From contig NMRA01000774.1 of the NCBI GenBank assembly GCA_002633005.1, positions 1 to 42,822 on the forward strand: a DNA stretch of 42,822 nucleotides, in the 5' to 3' direction. The notes under the pieces are model-generated. The model did not search any database, was not told the origin of the DNA, and worked only from the letters and a program-made list of their open reading frames with translations. Shown here one piece after another: positions 24,711 to 37,040 of this stretch. The translations under genes were made by a program, and so were the position numbers. Position 1 is the first letter of the stretch. Every line of letters starts with the position of its first letter. Source of the DNA: Phoronis australis (taxonomy: Eukaryota > Animalia > Phoronida).

Positions 24711-27590
24711 TTCCTGATTTTTCAGTGCTTATTTGATATATTAAAATAATTTGCTATTGCATTGAACCATGTAAAGGACTAGTCAAGTTCACTAGTAGTT
24801 CAGCTCACCTTCAAGTACATACGTGTAAATGGCGAGCTTAAAACTTCTTGAGAGTTGCAAAGAAAAACAAATATACGATTTTATACACTATCTGCAAATC
24901 CACAATGATTGACATCCTTCAGCAATGATATCAAAGCAAACGATAGCAGAAAAACAGAACATTAATGTACAACTACAGCATATTTGAAGTTTTATTAAAC
25001 TACATTACAAGCAGTTGGGATTATGCATGATTAGTGATTTTCCAGTGTTAACGTTTAGGAACTTGTGGGATGCCTGCAATGGATTGTGAAAAATGAAGCC
25101 ATGAAGAACGAAACCAACCACTGAAAGCTGAGCCCGTATACATACATATACATTTGCAGCCATCGGATGGCGATGTATACGTCCACGCTTCCCTAACCGT
25201 ACAAAGTCCGGTGACTCAAATCCTCAGGGTCACATATTTTATGTGAGGACACAAAACGTGAGACTGACTATAGCAGGTTTTATAAGACACTTGCTTAGGA
25301 ACTTGTTTAGTCCGTTAAACAATATTGTCAAAAACTACTTTTGTAAAACACAAGCAGGTAACTTAAAAACTATATGTCTATATCCCGGGATTGACTTTCC
25401 AACAGCTGCCTGTTGTTTTTTTCCTTTTTTATTGGCTGCATTTGATTCATAATATCTGTTCCTCCACGTCAGCTGGATAGGACTGGTTCTTGATGACGAC
25501 TTTCAACTAACGAACCAATTAAAATAATTTCATCCCAGGCTTGCTTCTCTAGACAATCTCATTGCATTTCAGCCCGTATTGTAAATGTTTGTAATGCAGA
25601 ACTCGTGCTCTTGCTCTCACGACACGTACATGTTATTTTCACTATCACTTTCAATACAGACCTGGCAATAAGGTCGTGCGTAAAATACTTAGCGATACTA
25701 GGATATCGCTGTATTTACTTACAATTCTGCAATGTCCATTTAACATTTTTGAAGCCCCGTTTCCGCGAATTCGACTTTAAACTGTTTTTTTTTTGGTGCC
25801 AAACTCTACAATTTTTCTCGACTGCATTAATTTATTACTACTTCCAATGAAAACGAGGAATTAATGCTTTGCTGAGAACTGCTAATTCGACGGAATAAAG
25901 CTGAATAAGCAGGACAAATATCCGTGGATATGTATTGTTAAGTACTTTGGAGAGAGTAGATAAATCAAGTGCGTCGGATAAATGTTTCTTGACGAGACTA
26001 TTCTTTTCCACAGCTTGTAAACGGTTAAAATCCGGATTATTTCGCAGTTTATACGCCTCAACTGTTAACGAAACGATCTCTGAAAATGCACCTGACATGC
26101 CACTGCGAGGACAATGTACACAACACGCTTTCTTACTTCCGAGACAAAGGGAAGTATTGCCGCTGTTTAATCTGGGACGGCTCTGTGCACATCCAGGTAA
26201 ACGAAGTTGGCAATTAGCTGCACCTCGTTCATCGCTGTGTGTAAATTTAACGAATGACGTTCCAGCTACTTCAGTATTTAGTGGCGGATTTTGGGGGGAC
26301 TAAGTTGCCATGGCTTCCGTAAAAGTCTACCAGACTCCAATTGACAGTTCGGTGGTGCGAATGTTTGACAACAAAATCCTGGCTAATACTCTGCTCTGCT
26401 CCTTAACTCAAAATTATGGATCCGTACCTGGTGTTCTGACATAATAAGAACATGGAATCGACTAACATGTCTTCTCACCTTGTGCAGTGAATACTGAGCA
26501 GTAAAGATTGTGCCCACAAAGCCCGTTAAAGGCCGAGACCTAACACTTTTCATATCCCGTGCACTTACAAATGGTATTTCTATGGAAGAACTGCAATCCA
26601 CAATACGTATACCCTGTTAAAGGATGGACCGAGTAAATTCCAATCCGGATAGTCGGCAATGGAGCGTTATCAGGAGGTAGAACTCAACGCCATCTTTAAG
26701 GACGGGTTCGGCCAGTCCTATATTTATATCCCTTGTTGCTGTGAGAGGCGGGTTGCACAACGCTTCTGAACACGGTGACAACAGTTGGAAAACAAGTAGA
26801 GAGGTAACTTGGAGCCTTTTGCAAAATACTAGGCGTGCTTAGATCGCACGCACTAACCACCAGATTATGACCCATAGGTTCCCAGCGTGGGATTCCTCAT
26901 TGGTAAAGTCTCCCCGTGTTCCTCAGGAAGTATGCCTTGAACCTGCATAATGTAATGATTTCCTAAAGGCATGTTATGTGTCCATGAAGTAGCTGGTTGT
27001 GAAGTCTTCGATATTCATAGCCATTGTATATCTGCAACATGTTGGACAAGCATTGTCAACCACGCCACAACTAGGAAACGACGTGGTGGAAATCAGAGGA
27101 GAAAAGATCACAAGAATGCGTAAAACATCGTCAGTCACATGTGATAGACAACTTTGCTGTTGCCTAGGTACACTGTATATTACAGATCAAGACACTAAAC
27201 TGAAAAACGGTGTACATGTGTAGTCTACACGGAATGTAACACCAGTTTCTCGAGACTGACTCAGATTAATAAATTATTTTTGCTAAAATCACAGGCTTCC
27301 GGTATTTGGATTCCTACCAAATAGCGAAATCATGTGCCACGACTCTATTCACGATTGGGCATAGTTTACAGCAGTTCTTGGTGTAGACCTGTGGGAAAGT
27401 ATCAACTTCAATGAATGAGTGAGGTCTCTGAGCTAATGGCACGTAACGGCTATAACTATTGAGTTTGACAAAACGCTATTCACATCATTTAAAACCATGA
27501 CCGTGTCACGAAGTCAAACGGACGTAAGATATGATATACGCAGGATTTTATGGAAATAATTAAGTTTTGTGCACGCCACTTGTCCTACGT

Positions 27591-30500
27591 TTAAGAAAAA
27601 AAATCAGCTAGATTTTTGGCGAACACGTTGTTCCACATTCGTATATAATGCATTACTCGACTGGATTTGTTGTCTTGACTTGTCAGCTGACCTTTACGTG
27701 GACCACCAGTGAACTGCTGATTGATGGTGGCGATAGTTTCCTGAAAATGCAAGTTGTTTGCCGAATGGGATATGGAAATACCTTCGACAATATTGCTGAT
27801 TGTCTTTCCAAAGTGTTTCAAATTGAAAAGTTGCTTCTTCAGGTCGAAAATATCATCCATAGTTGCAAGTGCTTTTCCGCTTTCAATTGCACTTTCTACA
27901 AGTTGTTTTTCCTTGGCGTATTGCTCCATCAACGAATGAAGCTGCGCGAGTAAAGCAGTGTTTCGAATCGTCTCGTCTTTCCTTTTTTCTTCTTCACACA
28001 TCAGTTTAAGATAATCTCCTACAGCGTCATTATATGACACTAGGGCATTACTTTTAAGAAACGCTCCGTACTTCGCACATATTTCAAGAATAACTCTCTC
28101 CTCCTCTTGAAGTTCACTGATTTTCTCCGTGACATGCTTAGAAAATTCTTCCCGTTTTTCCATCTCAGTCTTCTTTTTTGAAATTTGTTCTTGGACGTCT
28201 TCTGACATGAACTCCGTCTCGACCTTTTCCAGTGTATACGTTTGTTGCATGTGGTGCGTATAGTTATGTTTGCATTTGCGACATTTACTAAAAAGCTTCA
28301 TACACTTGCAAAACCTCATCCTGAAATCATTTGTTGTTTCAGTGGGAATTCCTCTTAAAGTGCAGTTGTCGTGACATACCTGTTTGTAGCGGGTATTTTC
28401 AGTTTTCGAATTTTTTCCTACAGTCACTCGTTCAACACAGTCACTATGAGTACATACCGTAATGGGGCGCGGCAATGCGTGGCGCACTAAATCGAATGAA
28501 GTAAATTTCAAACTCTTTTCGAGGTCACACATGCTGCGCTCATCGATATCAACTTGTTTCCTGGCTTCATTTGCAAGTAAAACGTTCTCTTGGATAGTTC
28601 GGGCAACCTCTGCCAGAGGTTTGCTCATGCTGATGACAATCCTACGAGCCTCGTTCATACTGATAGTATTTCGCACCTTGTGCGGAGTCATTTTCATGAT
28701 TTTACCAAGTAATCTATTTGTCTCTGACACCGCTCTATTCCAGCTTTCTGAATAAGTTTCGATATCTTTGGCGCTGAATCGTACCCCGTTACAATGACAA
28801 GCTAAGAACCTAAAAGACTCGTTGTCAAAACAGAAGTAGTTATTTGGTGTCGCAAGAATTCCGACTTGTTTCTCTTCCAACATTCTGTTTAGAGACGGTA
28901 GTGTGTCTCCTGGATGATAAAACGTGGCGCGGGCGTTTGTAAAGCAAAATACTATGTTGCTTCGAACAGATGTGTGAAGATGCGCCAGAAGCTCTTGTAT
29001 GCAAAAACGAAACATTGCAGTCAGCTTCGAGTTGTTTGGCCTCATTAGAATACAGACGCCATGTATTTCAGAGAAGTAACTCAGGTACGACAAAATGTTG
29101 TCACAATTCATCTTGTCTTGGTCAATCCCTCTTACGTCACCAATGCCAGGGGTGTCTATGAGACGAATTGTCATGTCACCGACATAGAAAACATAAGCCC
29201 GGGGCATTTGTGTGGAAGACTCACCAGGTCGAAGGTGTTCGGCATCTGTTTCTTCTCCTATCCTAATGGTGTGTTGCCCACTGTCAGTTGAACACGTAAA
29301 CTGTGACGGAATCAAGTGATAGAAATAGCCGGCGTCCAAAGCTTCCTGGAAATCCGTGAATTGCAAGTAATTCAAAATGCTGTTGATCCAAGTTGATTTG
29401 CCCACACCGGTCTCCCCTAAAATCAAAATGGTGATTTCTCGAGTCCCCTCTAGTGACACCAAGTGCTGATGAAGCTCCTTTTCAGGAAACCGGACGAAAT
29501 CTATTCCATGCTCGCTTCCGTTGCAACGAAAACTTGACTGGTACGGGTCAGATTCACCACATAGACAGTACAATTTACAGGTCGTCCGTCCATATTGAAC
29601 CAGCGTTTTGCAAGTAGCGCATTTCCACAAAACAGGCTTTACTGGACATGCTCTATTGCCTGCAATGGAATTCGCACATTTTATGCGCATTTGGACTTTG
29701 TCTTGGGGTGTAAGAGGACACGGACATGTACCCTGAAGTTTGATCATACACATCTCAGTATCCCGACCCTCCCTTTCATAAAGATCAGAACATATTTTCA
29801 CCCCATTTTCGTATTTTTCAATGTATGAACCCGTCTTTTCATCGTTCCATAAGTCTGGTCTGATGCTTGCATCAACAACCTTAAATGAAGTGTCCGTTCT
29901 TAGAACGTATGCGTTTTGATATCGCAAGAAAAAGTTCTTGTTTTGAACATCATGTGCACTGTTGCCACTTCTAGGTATGTAAAGCACGTAGACTTTAGCT
30001 TTGTCGTCCGTGCACAGTTGATCTCTTTTGCCGAGATACACTACTCCCCTTTTCTGCAAACATGTGATCGATTGTATTTTATTGAATTCTCTTTGAAAGT
30101 CGTCAACTCTTTCACTGTGTCTTGCGATTGAACAACTGTTGACAGCTGCGTCGTGAAGATATGTTTGAAGGTCTGATGTGCTTCGCTCTTTTCGACGAAT
30201 TTTCAACACAAGCTCTTGAAGTTTCGAACTAAAAGCAGAAATGTCAATCAAAATCTCGTTTACGTACTTGTCGATTTTGTTCAAGGAACTTGTTTCTAGG
30301 AAATCCTCAAAACTAAACAAATCCGCCTTAATGTCGTGCATTTGCTGACTCTTTGCAACCATAGAATCCATCATCGCCACGCTCATCTTTACAACGTCTT
30401 CTTGCAGTGCACTATAGTGAACGTGTAATGCAATTTGCAGGCGGCATATCTTAGCGACGTCTTCCAGTGACATCAACATAAACTGCTGAGTGACCCCTCT

Positions 30501-31139
30501 GCCGTTGTTAGTATTTTTCACAAGCCTAGGAACATTTTGAACAAGGTCAAGGGCACCTTCAAAAGTAGTAGGAAGTGGGTGGGCAGTTGACGAAACATCT
30601 GAGACGCACTTAAATACGAAACTTTCATCGTTTGACTCCTTACTTCTTTCGTATCCAACATCCGGTAATTTTCCCCCGATCGATTTTTCCAAAAGTTGAA
30701 CTTTAGTAGCAAGACATCCTTTTAAAAGTTTGGCGTCCTGGTCTTTTGATATCTTGCCCTGACAAGTTATGTAGCAGCAAGCTCCCCAATCAATACCAAC
30801 AACAACGTGAGTAGCGTTTGGATTAGGTGACGACAAAACACTGGCGTCAACCTTATCCCTGTTTTGTCTTAGCATAAATTCTTCATTTATAGTCCTGATT
30901 TTGTAGATTAAGCTTACACTTTGGTACCTTGCACTCGTCTTGGAGTGTTTTAAGTAAGATGCCGAACCACTGAGACCAACAATACCTGCTAATATACTCA
31001 TCTGAAGTTCTGCTTCGATGTTTAACTTGTGGAATTTCTCTTGAGTGCTATCGGACATGACGATCTCCGCAGAAGTATCGCCAAGTTCAATAACATCCAC
31101 AGCATTGTCATCGATCTTCGAATCAAGCAGGGTGTCACT
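27591..31139 (-). CDS. Main coding exon of a stonustoxin-like (MACPF/CDC-type) domain + AIG1/septin-like GTPase + Cys-rich + coiled-coil protein
   Basis: Stop-free frame of 1183 codons including the stop, with a polypyrimidine-TAG acceptor at 31140-31141. SNTX-like motifs: KFHKLNIEAELQMSILAGIVGLSGSASYL and ATHVVVGIDWGA. GTPase motifs: G1 GETGVGKS (29417-29394) and G3 DTPG (29156-29145). The C-terminus is rich in E/K heptads. Confidence 0.92.
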   Translation of the reverse strand, partial: SDTLLDSKIDDNAVDVIELGDTSAEIVMSDSTQEKFHKLNIEAELQMSILAGIVGLSGSASYLKHSKTSARYQSVSLIYKIRTINEEFMLRQNRDKVDASVLSSPNPNATHVVVGIDWGACCYITCQGKISKDQDAKLLKGCLATKVQLLEKSIGGKLPDVGYERSKESNDESFVFKCVSDVSSTAHPLPTTFEGALDLVQNVPRLVKNTNNGRGVTQQFMLMSLEDVAKICRLQIALHVHYSALQEDVVKMSVAMMDSMVAKSQQMHDIKADLFSFEDFLETSSLNKIDKYVNEILIDISAFSSKLQELVLKIRRKERSTSDLQTYLHDAAVNSCSIARHSERVDDFQREFNKIQSITCLQKRGVVYLGKRDQLCTDDKAKVYVLYIPRSGNSAHDVQNKNFFLRYQNAYVLRTDTSFKVVDASIRPDLWNDEKTGSYIEKYENGVKICSDLYEREGRDTEMCMIKLQGTCPCPLTPQDKVQMRIKCANSIAGNRACPVKPVLWKCATCKTLVQYGRTTCKLYCLCGESDPYQSSFRCNGSEHGIDFVRFPEKELHQHLVSLEGTREITILILGETGVGKSTWINSILNYLQFTDFQEALDAGYFYHLIPSQFTCSTDSGQHTIRIGEETDAEHLRPGESSTQMPRAYVFYVGDMTIRLIDTPGIGDVRGIDQDKMNCDNILSYLSYFSEIHGVCILMRPNNSKLTAMFRFCIQELLAHLHTSVRSNIVFCFTNARATFYHPGDTLPSLNRMLEEKQVGILATPNNYFCFDNESFRFLACHCNGVRFSAKDIETYSESWNRAVSETNRLLGKIMKMTPHKVRNTISMNEARRIVISMSKPLAEVARTIQENVLLANEARKQVDIDERSMCDLEKSLKFTSFDLVRHALPRPITVCTHSDCVERVTVGKNSKTENTRYKQVCHDNCTLRGIPTETTNDFRMRFCKCMKLFSKCRKCKHNYTHHMQQTYTLEKVETEFMSEDVQEQISKKKTEMEKREEFSKHVTEKISELQEEERVILEICAKYGAFLKSNALVSYNDAVGDYLKLMCEEEKRKDETIRNTALLAQLHSLMEQYAKEKQLVESAIESGKALATMDDIFDLKKQLFNLKHFGKTISNIVEGISISHSANNLHFQETIATINQQFTGGPRKGQLTSQDNKSSRVMHYIRMWNNVFAKNLADFFS

Positions 31140-33799
31140 CTAAAACGAAAAAAAACTCTGAATCAATGGCCATGTGCATCACTTATCTAGAAGCATGTTT
31201 TAATATTAACAGTTTCGTCATCAGCAGGCACACATTCCCCAAATCCTTGATGATCTAAAAACGCGACATGCGTGACAAAACGCACACAGGGGGCACTTAA
31301 GCTTAATAATAGAATCCAACATGCCGTTTTGAAAAGATTTCAAAAGCTTGCGTTTTCGGGTAAGTGTACGAGTAGAAAGGGAATCACTTGCGTTCAGGTA
31401 TAGTTAATTCAACACCTACGTGTACGTTTAAACATGTAGTAAGCACTGGTGAAACGACATTTTCTGTTGCACTGAAAAAATGCAGAGATCGATTTTACGT
31501 AATCCAATATTAATGCACGTCTAGGATTTCGCAAGGGGATCAGTTGTGATTTTTTTTTTCTTTTCCATATCCGGTGGGAAGTGCAGGATGGTACCTTTAC
31601 TTAGATTTTGTCACCAGATCCAGAAATTAGCATTGCCAACTGTCAGGTGATGGGCGACATGTTCTGGTACCCGGTCACTGTCACTTGAACCAACGGGTCA
31701 TCACCAGTTTTGACTGACAATTTTGTCCCTAAACGATGGTCACAAGTTCGCTTAGTTTCGCTGTCGTCGCCAGTTCTGCAGTGGCTTTAATTATGCTTAA
31801 TTGATTTCTCCTTCGTAACATACCGAGTGCTTATTGGAAGAAATAGGGGACGAGGATGTTCCCCCGGAGCATGACCAAAAAGGCATCGTAATACCGTTTC
31901 ATGACTATCGTGAAGGTTTGCCCTTTGGTCGCCACATCCTAAATTTGCCGGTATTGTCATCCATCCATCGGTAAATTATGTGACACACTTTACTCCTGAC
32001 GTCCCCGGTTGTCACATATCAACATTGAGTTTCCGAATACCATTACATTCGTTGGGAGGCGGCGGTCATCCCCAGGTAGTATACCGATATGACCGGTATC
32101 ACCAGAGGGAAATGGCACAGATATCATGAACTGGTGACAATAACGGAACAGGAAGCACAAAAATTGTGACGAAGCAACGAAGTTGGACGCTGAATATGAT
32201 AAAGCTCCTGTTTGACAACTCCGGCACTGTGTACCATATGCAATTTCACTATGGCATTTTTACGAGTCCCGGTACACGTTGCTGCACATTTTCTATATTT
32301 ACTACGTTTATTTACCCTGTAGTCATATTGATGAATGTGCCTGGGGATCGGTGGTCCCCGCTACATATCCTTACAATATAAGAAACAAAACAAAATGCAA
32401 CAGAAATAATTATATCTAAATTAACTAGATTGACTGGGCCTAACGTGACCACTCATACTCGGACCTTATACATGTATTACTTGAGTGAAAACATGAATTT
32501 GTGATTTAAACCCAAAATCATCTTGACCATTCATACACGGACCGTTTAGCAAGACAACATACATTCGCTTTGATACAAAACTTTTCATATTCGCGAGTGC
32601 CAATGGTACAGTAAAATAAGCTATGCAGAAAGCTTTAGAGCAGTGGAGGGGCAGCCAACTATTTCAATGAATGAATCCATATTGTGCAACCTTTCCAACT
32701 AAATTGTAAATTTAGAAGAATCGAGCCAATTTTCATTTTGTTTTTTCGATGATCAGACATTTCTAAATAGGAACTTTGAGTTAATCATGGGTTTTTCGCT
32801 TATGTGGAGAAAGCAAAAACTGGAATTACAGTTGTCTTTCATTTTATTGCAGCATGTTAAATTGAGAGCATTATTAGAAACAATTGAAATCCAGACCTTT
32901 TCACACACATTTCCGGTTGGTGAATAAGGTAAGACAAAGTACACGCAAAATCATTGTGGATGTTAAAGTCAAACGTCTCAGAGGAACAATGGTCCATTGC
33001 CACTGAGCAATGATCCAGTCAGACGCTTCTGGTCTTACATGTAGAAGGAGCAATTTTAACTCTGTATACTAATGATTTGTTTCGATGCGTGTCATATCAC
33101 TGGGTTCTTTGATCGCTAATTTCCCTCGACAACGTGACACAACATGGATGATATTTTTGCAGACGCTTTCTACATATAGCTCCACAAGGCGCGCCAAATG
33201 ATCGAAATATTGTTTCTTTTTCGACATAGCAATTTCTCTTAAATGTCAGATCTATCAGTTAACAACTTTCTGGTTAAAGAACATTAAAATCACTTGTTTT
33301 TTATTGCTCATCGTACTAAATAATGAAGTGACAGTATTCTATCTCATACGCGTTGAATCTGTCGAGGGAAATACGGCCATGTAATAAAGTTTTCCGTATT
33401 CACCTCCCGCACTACTTCAATATTGACCTCTTACATGGAAAGTTTAAAAGGTAGGTAAATGCCGACTCGACGTCGTTAGCCGGCTCGATCACCTAACTTT
33501 CAGAACATAGTTTAAAGTCTTACAATTATAGCATCGCAAATAACGCTCAATATACAATCAGGTCTCAGTCGTAACATATCTCGAACAGGACCGTTGATAA
33601 TATGACAGTTCTGTCTTTTTTCATTTGCTAAATATTTCATCGTCTGCAACTCAGGCGCTGAATCTTCCGGTAACGATAATGTCAAATTGATGTCATTTAA
33701 CTATTTTCAGGAGATGTTACAAGTCTAATGAAAAAATACCCTTGTTTTCCTCTTTGTTATCTCTTTTCAAGTAATAAATCGTCACATTTTAAACTGTTT

Positions 33800-34312
33800 C
33801 TTTTACTAGAGGAAACTTGAAGCCTAACGCGCAATTACATACATATAGGACGTGATCCGCCATGTGAACAGTCTGAGTAAATTATTTAGAAAATCTGCTG
33901 AAAAATGAAAGAAACGTTGAAATTTGAAGCGTACGGGATAAATACAAAACGTACCTCGATTGGTGTAGATAAAGTTATACCACACTCGACATTATTCCGC
34001 GGAATAATGTCTCGTGGGATATAACTTCATGTACGCCACTCTCGGAACGTTTTGTGTATATCCTAACTGTCGGTTTACACTGCGGGAAATTGAAACAAAA
34101 AATACGAAACGATTTGGATCATCTGAATTCCGTGCTTAGGCTCAGTGTTCAAACTTTCAATTTCAATGTTTCGGAGAAAATGAAAATAATAAAAACCAAA
34201 TCTGATCGATTTCCTAAATTTCAATTTTTGGAGATCTTGAATACAGGTCAATTTTCTTTCCAACGAAAAATCGAAATAAACAACCAACATTACTTCTAAG
34301 TTTACTTCTTTA
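33800..34312. repeat. Old fold-back element with a central palindrome
   Basis: Perfect 24 bp palindrome GACATTATTCCGCGGAATAATGTC (33988-34011) inside AAGTTATA/TATAACTT, with weaker outer arms (33911-33925 vs 34158-34172). Ends are approximate. Confidence 0.55.
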
Positions 34313-34326
34313 AATAGATAAAGACT

Positions 34327-34564
34327 TCAAATGAGAGTACTTGAGCAGAATAAATGGAAGGTGGCTTGTTTTCTTAATTTCCTCTTTTTGGTGAAATTGA
34401 ACAAATAAGTAGATGTCTTATTTTTAGTTGACTTCTTTGACAAGCTACAGTGTACATGTAAATGAAGTCAAATGAGTGTTCTTGGGCAGATTAAAAAGAA
34501 GGCAGTGTATTTTCTTAATTTCCTCTTTTTGATGAAATTGAACAGATAAATAGATATCTCATTT
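34327..34564. repeat. Direct duplication of ~97 bp, period 141 bp
   Basis: tcaaatgag...ttttcttaatttcctctttttg.tgaaattgaaca.ataa.tagat occurs at 34327-34423 and 34468-34564. Confidence 0.85.
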
Positions 34565-34689
34565 AAGACGATAAATGATCATACAGCAGATGACCTTCTA
34601 GGAACTCCCGGGATCCGACAGGATACAGTACAGACACATTTTTTCAAGTTTTCTGAGACCATCCTCAGTAGCCTCAAACTTTGAGTTAA

Positions 34690-36400
34690 AGGGTCTTCAA
34701 GTACTTTCCGGTTGTTTTCTGCATCTCTTTGGTAAATATTAACAATGATAAACAGTATAGTTTGTTGGATTTGTTATTTTAGAACTCGTGCAACTTATCT
34801 GTTAAAAAGGAACTGTATTTTATTCGGAATAAATTCTGGATAGTTTTCCATGAATTGTTGATTAATTTCACAAATAACTCAACAACAAAAATTAAACTTA
34901 TATTCTCTAACGAAGCTCAAAAAATACCGGCTTGGAGCGCTGCTTAGTCTCGTGACGTATTTGGCTGGGGCAGTCACTGTCCTGTGTTAGCGTGCAATCA
35001 AGTAGCGTTTTTCATATTGTCGGAATAAGAAATTTTCGTATGAAATGTCGGGTCACAAGGGATACCTGTTTGAGCCGAGGCAACACAAAAGTGATACCCA
35101 GTCATCGTCATCGTGAGACTAAAATTTGCCGGTGCAACCAGTCCGTATCAACACTGGTGTGACTGTGTCGTGGGCAATGTGGACTCTGGCCAGGCAGCCA
35201 CCCACCTGTCAACTCAGCGCTGTCAACCTGAAGGGTTGGTAAGTTACCGACTGTAGCTGCATGAAGGCTTTCGTACCACTGTGTGTTGAGCTCCTTTAAC
35301 CCCGAAATTTCAGACAGTCGTTGACTACCCGGGTATAGTTAACTTATGCCCGTCACCTCCTCTTAAATTTTAGGCGACATCAACATATAAAGCTAACGGA
35401 GCGGCGTGGGCGTATGCAAAATATGGTAGTCACCCGACACTCCCACTTTTCGTTGCAGCCGTTTAAGTGGAAAACAATCAAATAAACGCTATTTGGTAGC
35501 ATAGTTTGCCGTCTTATTAACAAAGAAGAGTGTCGTCCGTTCAAAAACAGCAGGCTCGTGACACGCCGCCTGTGCCATTTCCTAAAAATTTGAGACATCT
35601 TTCGGGACATGATGACAGCTTCGCAGCACCAAGGTTGTTCTAAAATTCGATTTATTGGTATAAAAATACTAAAAACTTGTAACAAAATGAAACAAGTTCA
35701 TATAATTTGTTATAACATGTACGCAACCTAGGTACCGTCAGCGACGAACACTTGATAAAAGAATCGGGGGATAAGAAACTGGTAGAGGTCAGGTGACATA
35801 ATCGCAAAAAGCCGACTCAAGAGAACACATCACAATTTTAGCAGCAGCCGATGAACGATCGCTAACTTTTCCAACACCGGTAAATACAGAAGTTAGTTTA
35901 CTATAGGATGAAATTAGTTTTAATGACATTAAGTAAGATATTTTTGTACATTTTTTACACATATCGGCTCTTGAAAACCTGTAGGCCTATATTTAGTATA
36001 TAGCTTTGGGCCAAGGCTTGGGTAACCCGGCGATGGTATGCGATGACCATCCCTTTAGAAGACACCTTTTTCGAAGAGTTTGAGCAAGCAGGCGCCATAC
36101 AAAAAGACATAGCGAACCTTTTATAGCACTGTGGCAAACAATAAAAAATAAAAGATAAAAATAATGATAAATTGCGATGTAAACTCTTCAAAATATAACA
36201 TAGGCAAAGAATGTGTAAAGCCTATATCCCCGCCGTTCATGTCACTGACACATCAGCCAATCAGCGAACGCTTTTAGAATTTAGTGTTTTAACCATGAAT
36301 ACGAATCGGCTTTTGTTTGGCACGCAAGTCAGGCAAATATGAGTTTTATTTGTATGTTAGAACCGATTAAATGCAACATTATTTTGACTACAGTCCCCTT
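34690..36400. mobile_element. Kolobok-like deletion derivative: decayed KolX (+) converging on a THAP transposase stub (-)
   Basis: TTAA|AGGG at 34686-34693 and CCCCTT|TTAA at 36395-36404; the TIR match is weak. Plus strand from 35045: GYLFEP..HWCDC..HEGFRTTVC..FSNTGKYR. Minus strand from 36110: MSFCMAPACSNSSKK...IAYHR. Confidence 0.65.
35300..35770. mobile_element. Possible piggyBac-like MITE inserted in the KolX relic
   Basis: TTAA|CCCCGA ... TCGGGGG|ATAA, with inner inverted motifs GTCGTTGACTACC / GGTACCGTCAGCGAC. Confidence 0.4.
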
Positions 36401-37040
36401 TTAACAGCGCCATCGATACTAGAAAGTGACCATGTGGAAACATGATAATGAGATTTATGGCACTCTGACATAAATCCTATTATTAGGGCAAATTATATTC
36501 TACACTCCTTCAACCTTCATATCCAACTCTAGTTAGTACCTATCTAGTCCGATCGTAGCGTTAGTGGTTCTCCCTCAGCAGCTTCCGGTTCCCAGCCTCA
36601 GTCTACAGTACATTCACTCGTAAGTTTTTACTAATCACACAATTAGTCAACCTATTAGACTCCTTCCCGTTCGTCGTCAATCGTCCTGTACAAACTCTAG
36701 TTCACGTAGTTTTACTGGTAGCCACGGATGGCTTTTCTAACACCCGATTTTTTTCGATTCGAATACCCCTCAAACCCAAACCCATCCCCTCGCTAATTTC
36801 GCCTACGCCTACTTACATGACCCTGCTCCCGAACACCACTTCAAAATCACGCGTTCCTTACCTCCAACTGAGCACCCTCATCTTCATATTCAGTGAGGTT
36901 AATTCAAACTGTTTTTTTTTTTCATTTTCATATTTTCTTATCGGAGCTACAATATCCCAAAAGCCAAAGGCAAGACAACGAAGTCAGGCCGGGCCACCCC
37001 TAAAAGGACCAAGACTAGGTTAGCGAGAACAGAGACTGGG

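Noticed and set aside
24668-24740. tRNA gene
   Set aside because: The T-arm, B-box and acceptor 3' strand are missing.
27648-30712. Short ORFs overlapping the large CDS
   Set aside because: They are antisense or alternative-frame shadows of the real exon.
31560-32375. Region with GTCCCCGG-like motifs ending in ...CCTTACA, a possible solo LTR or MITE
   Set aside because: It is probably repeat-derived, but termini and target duplication could not be defined.
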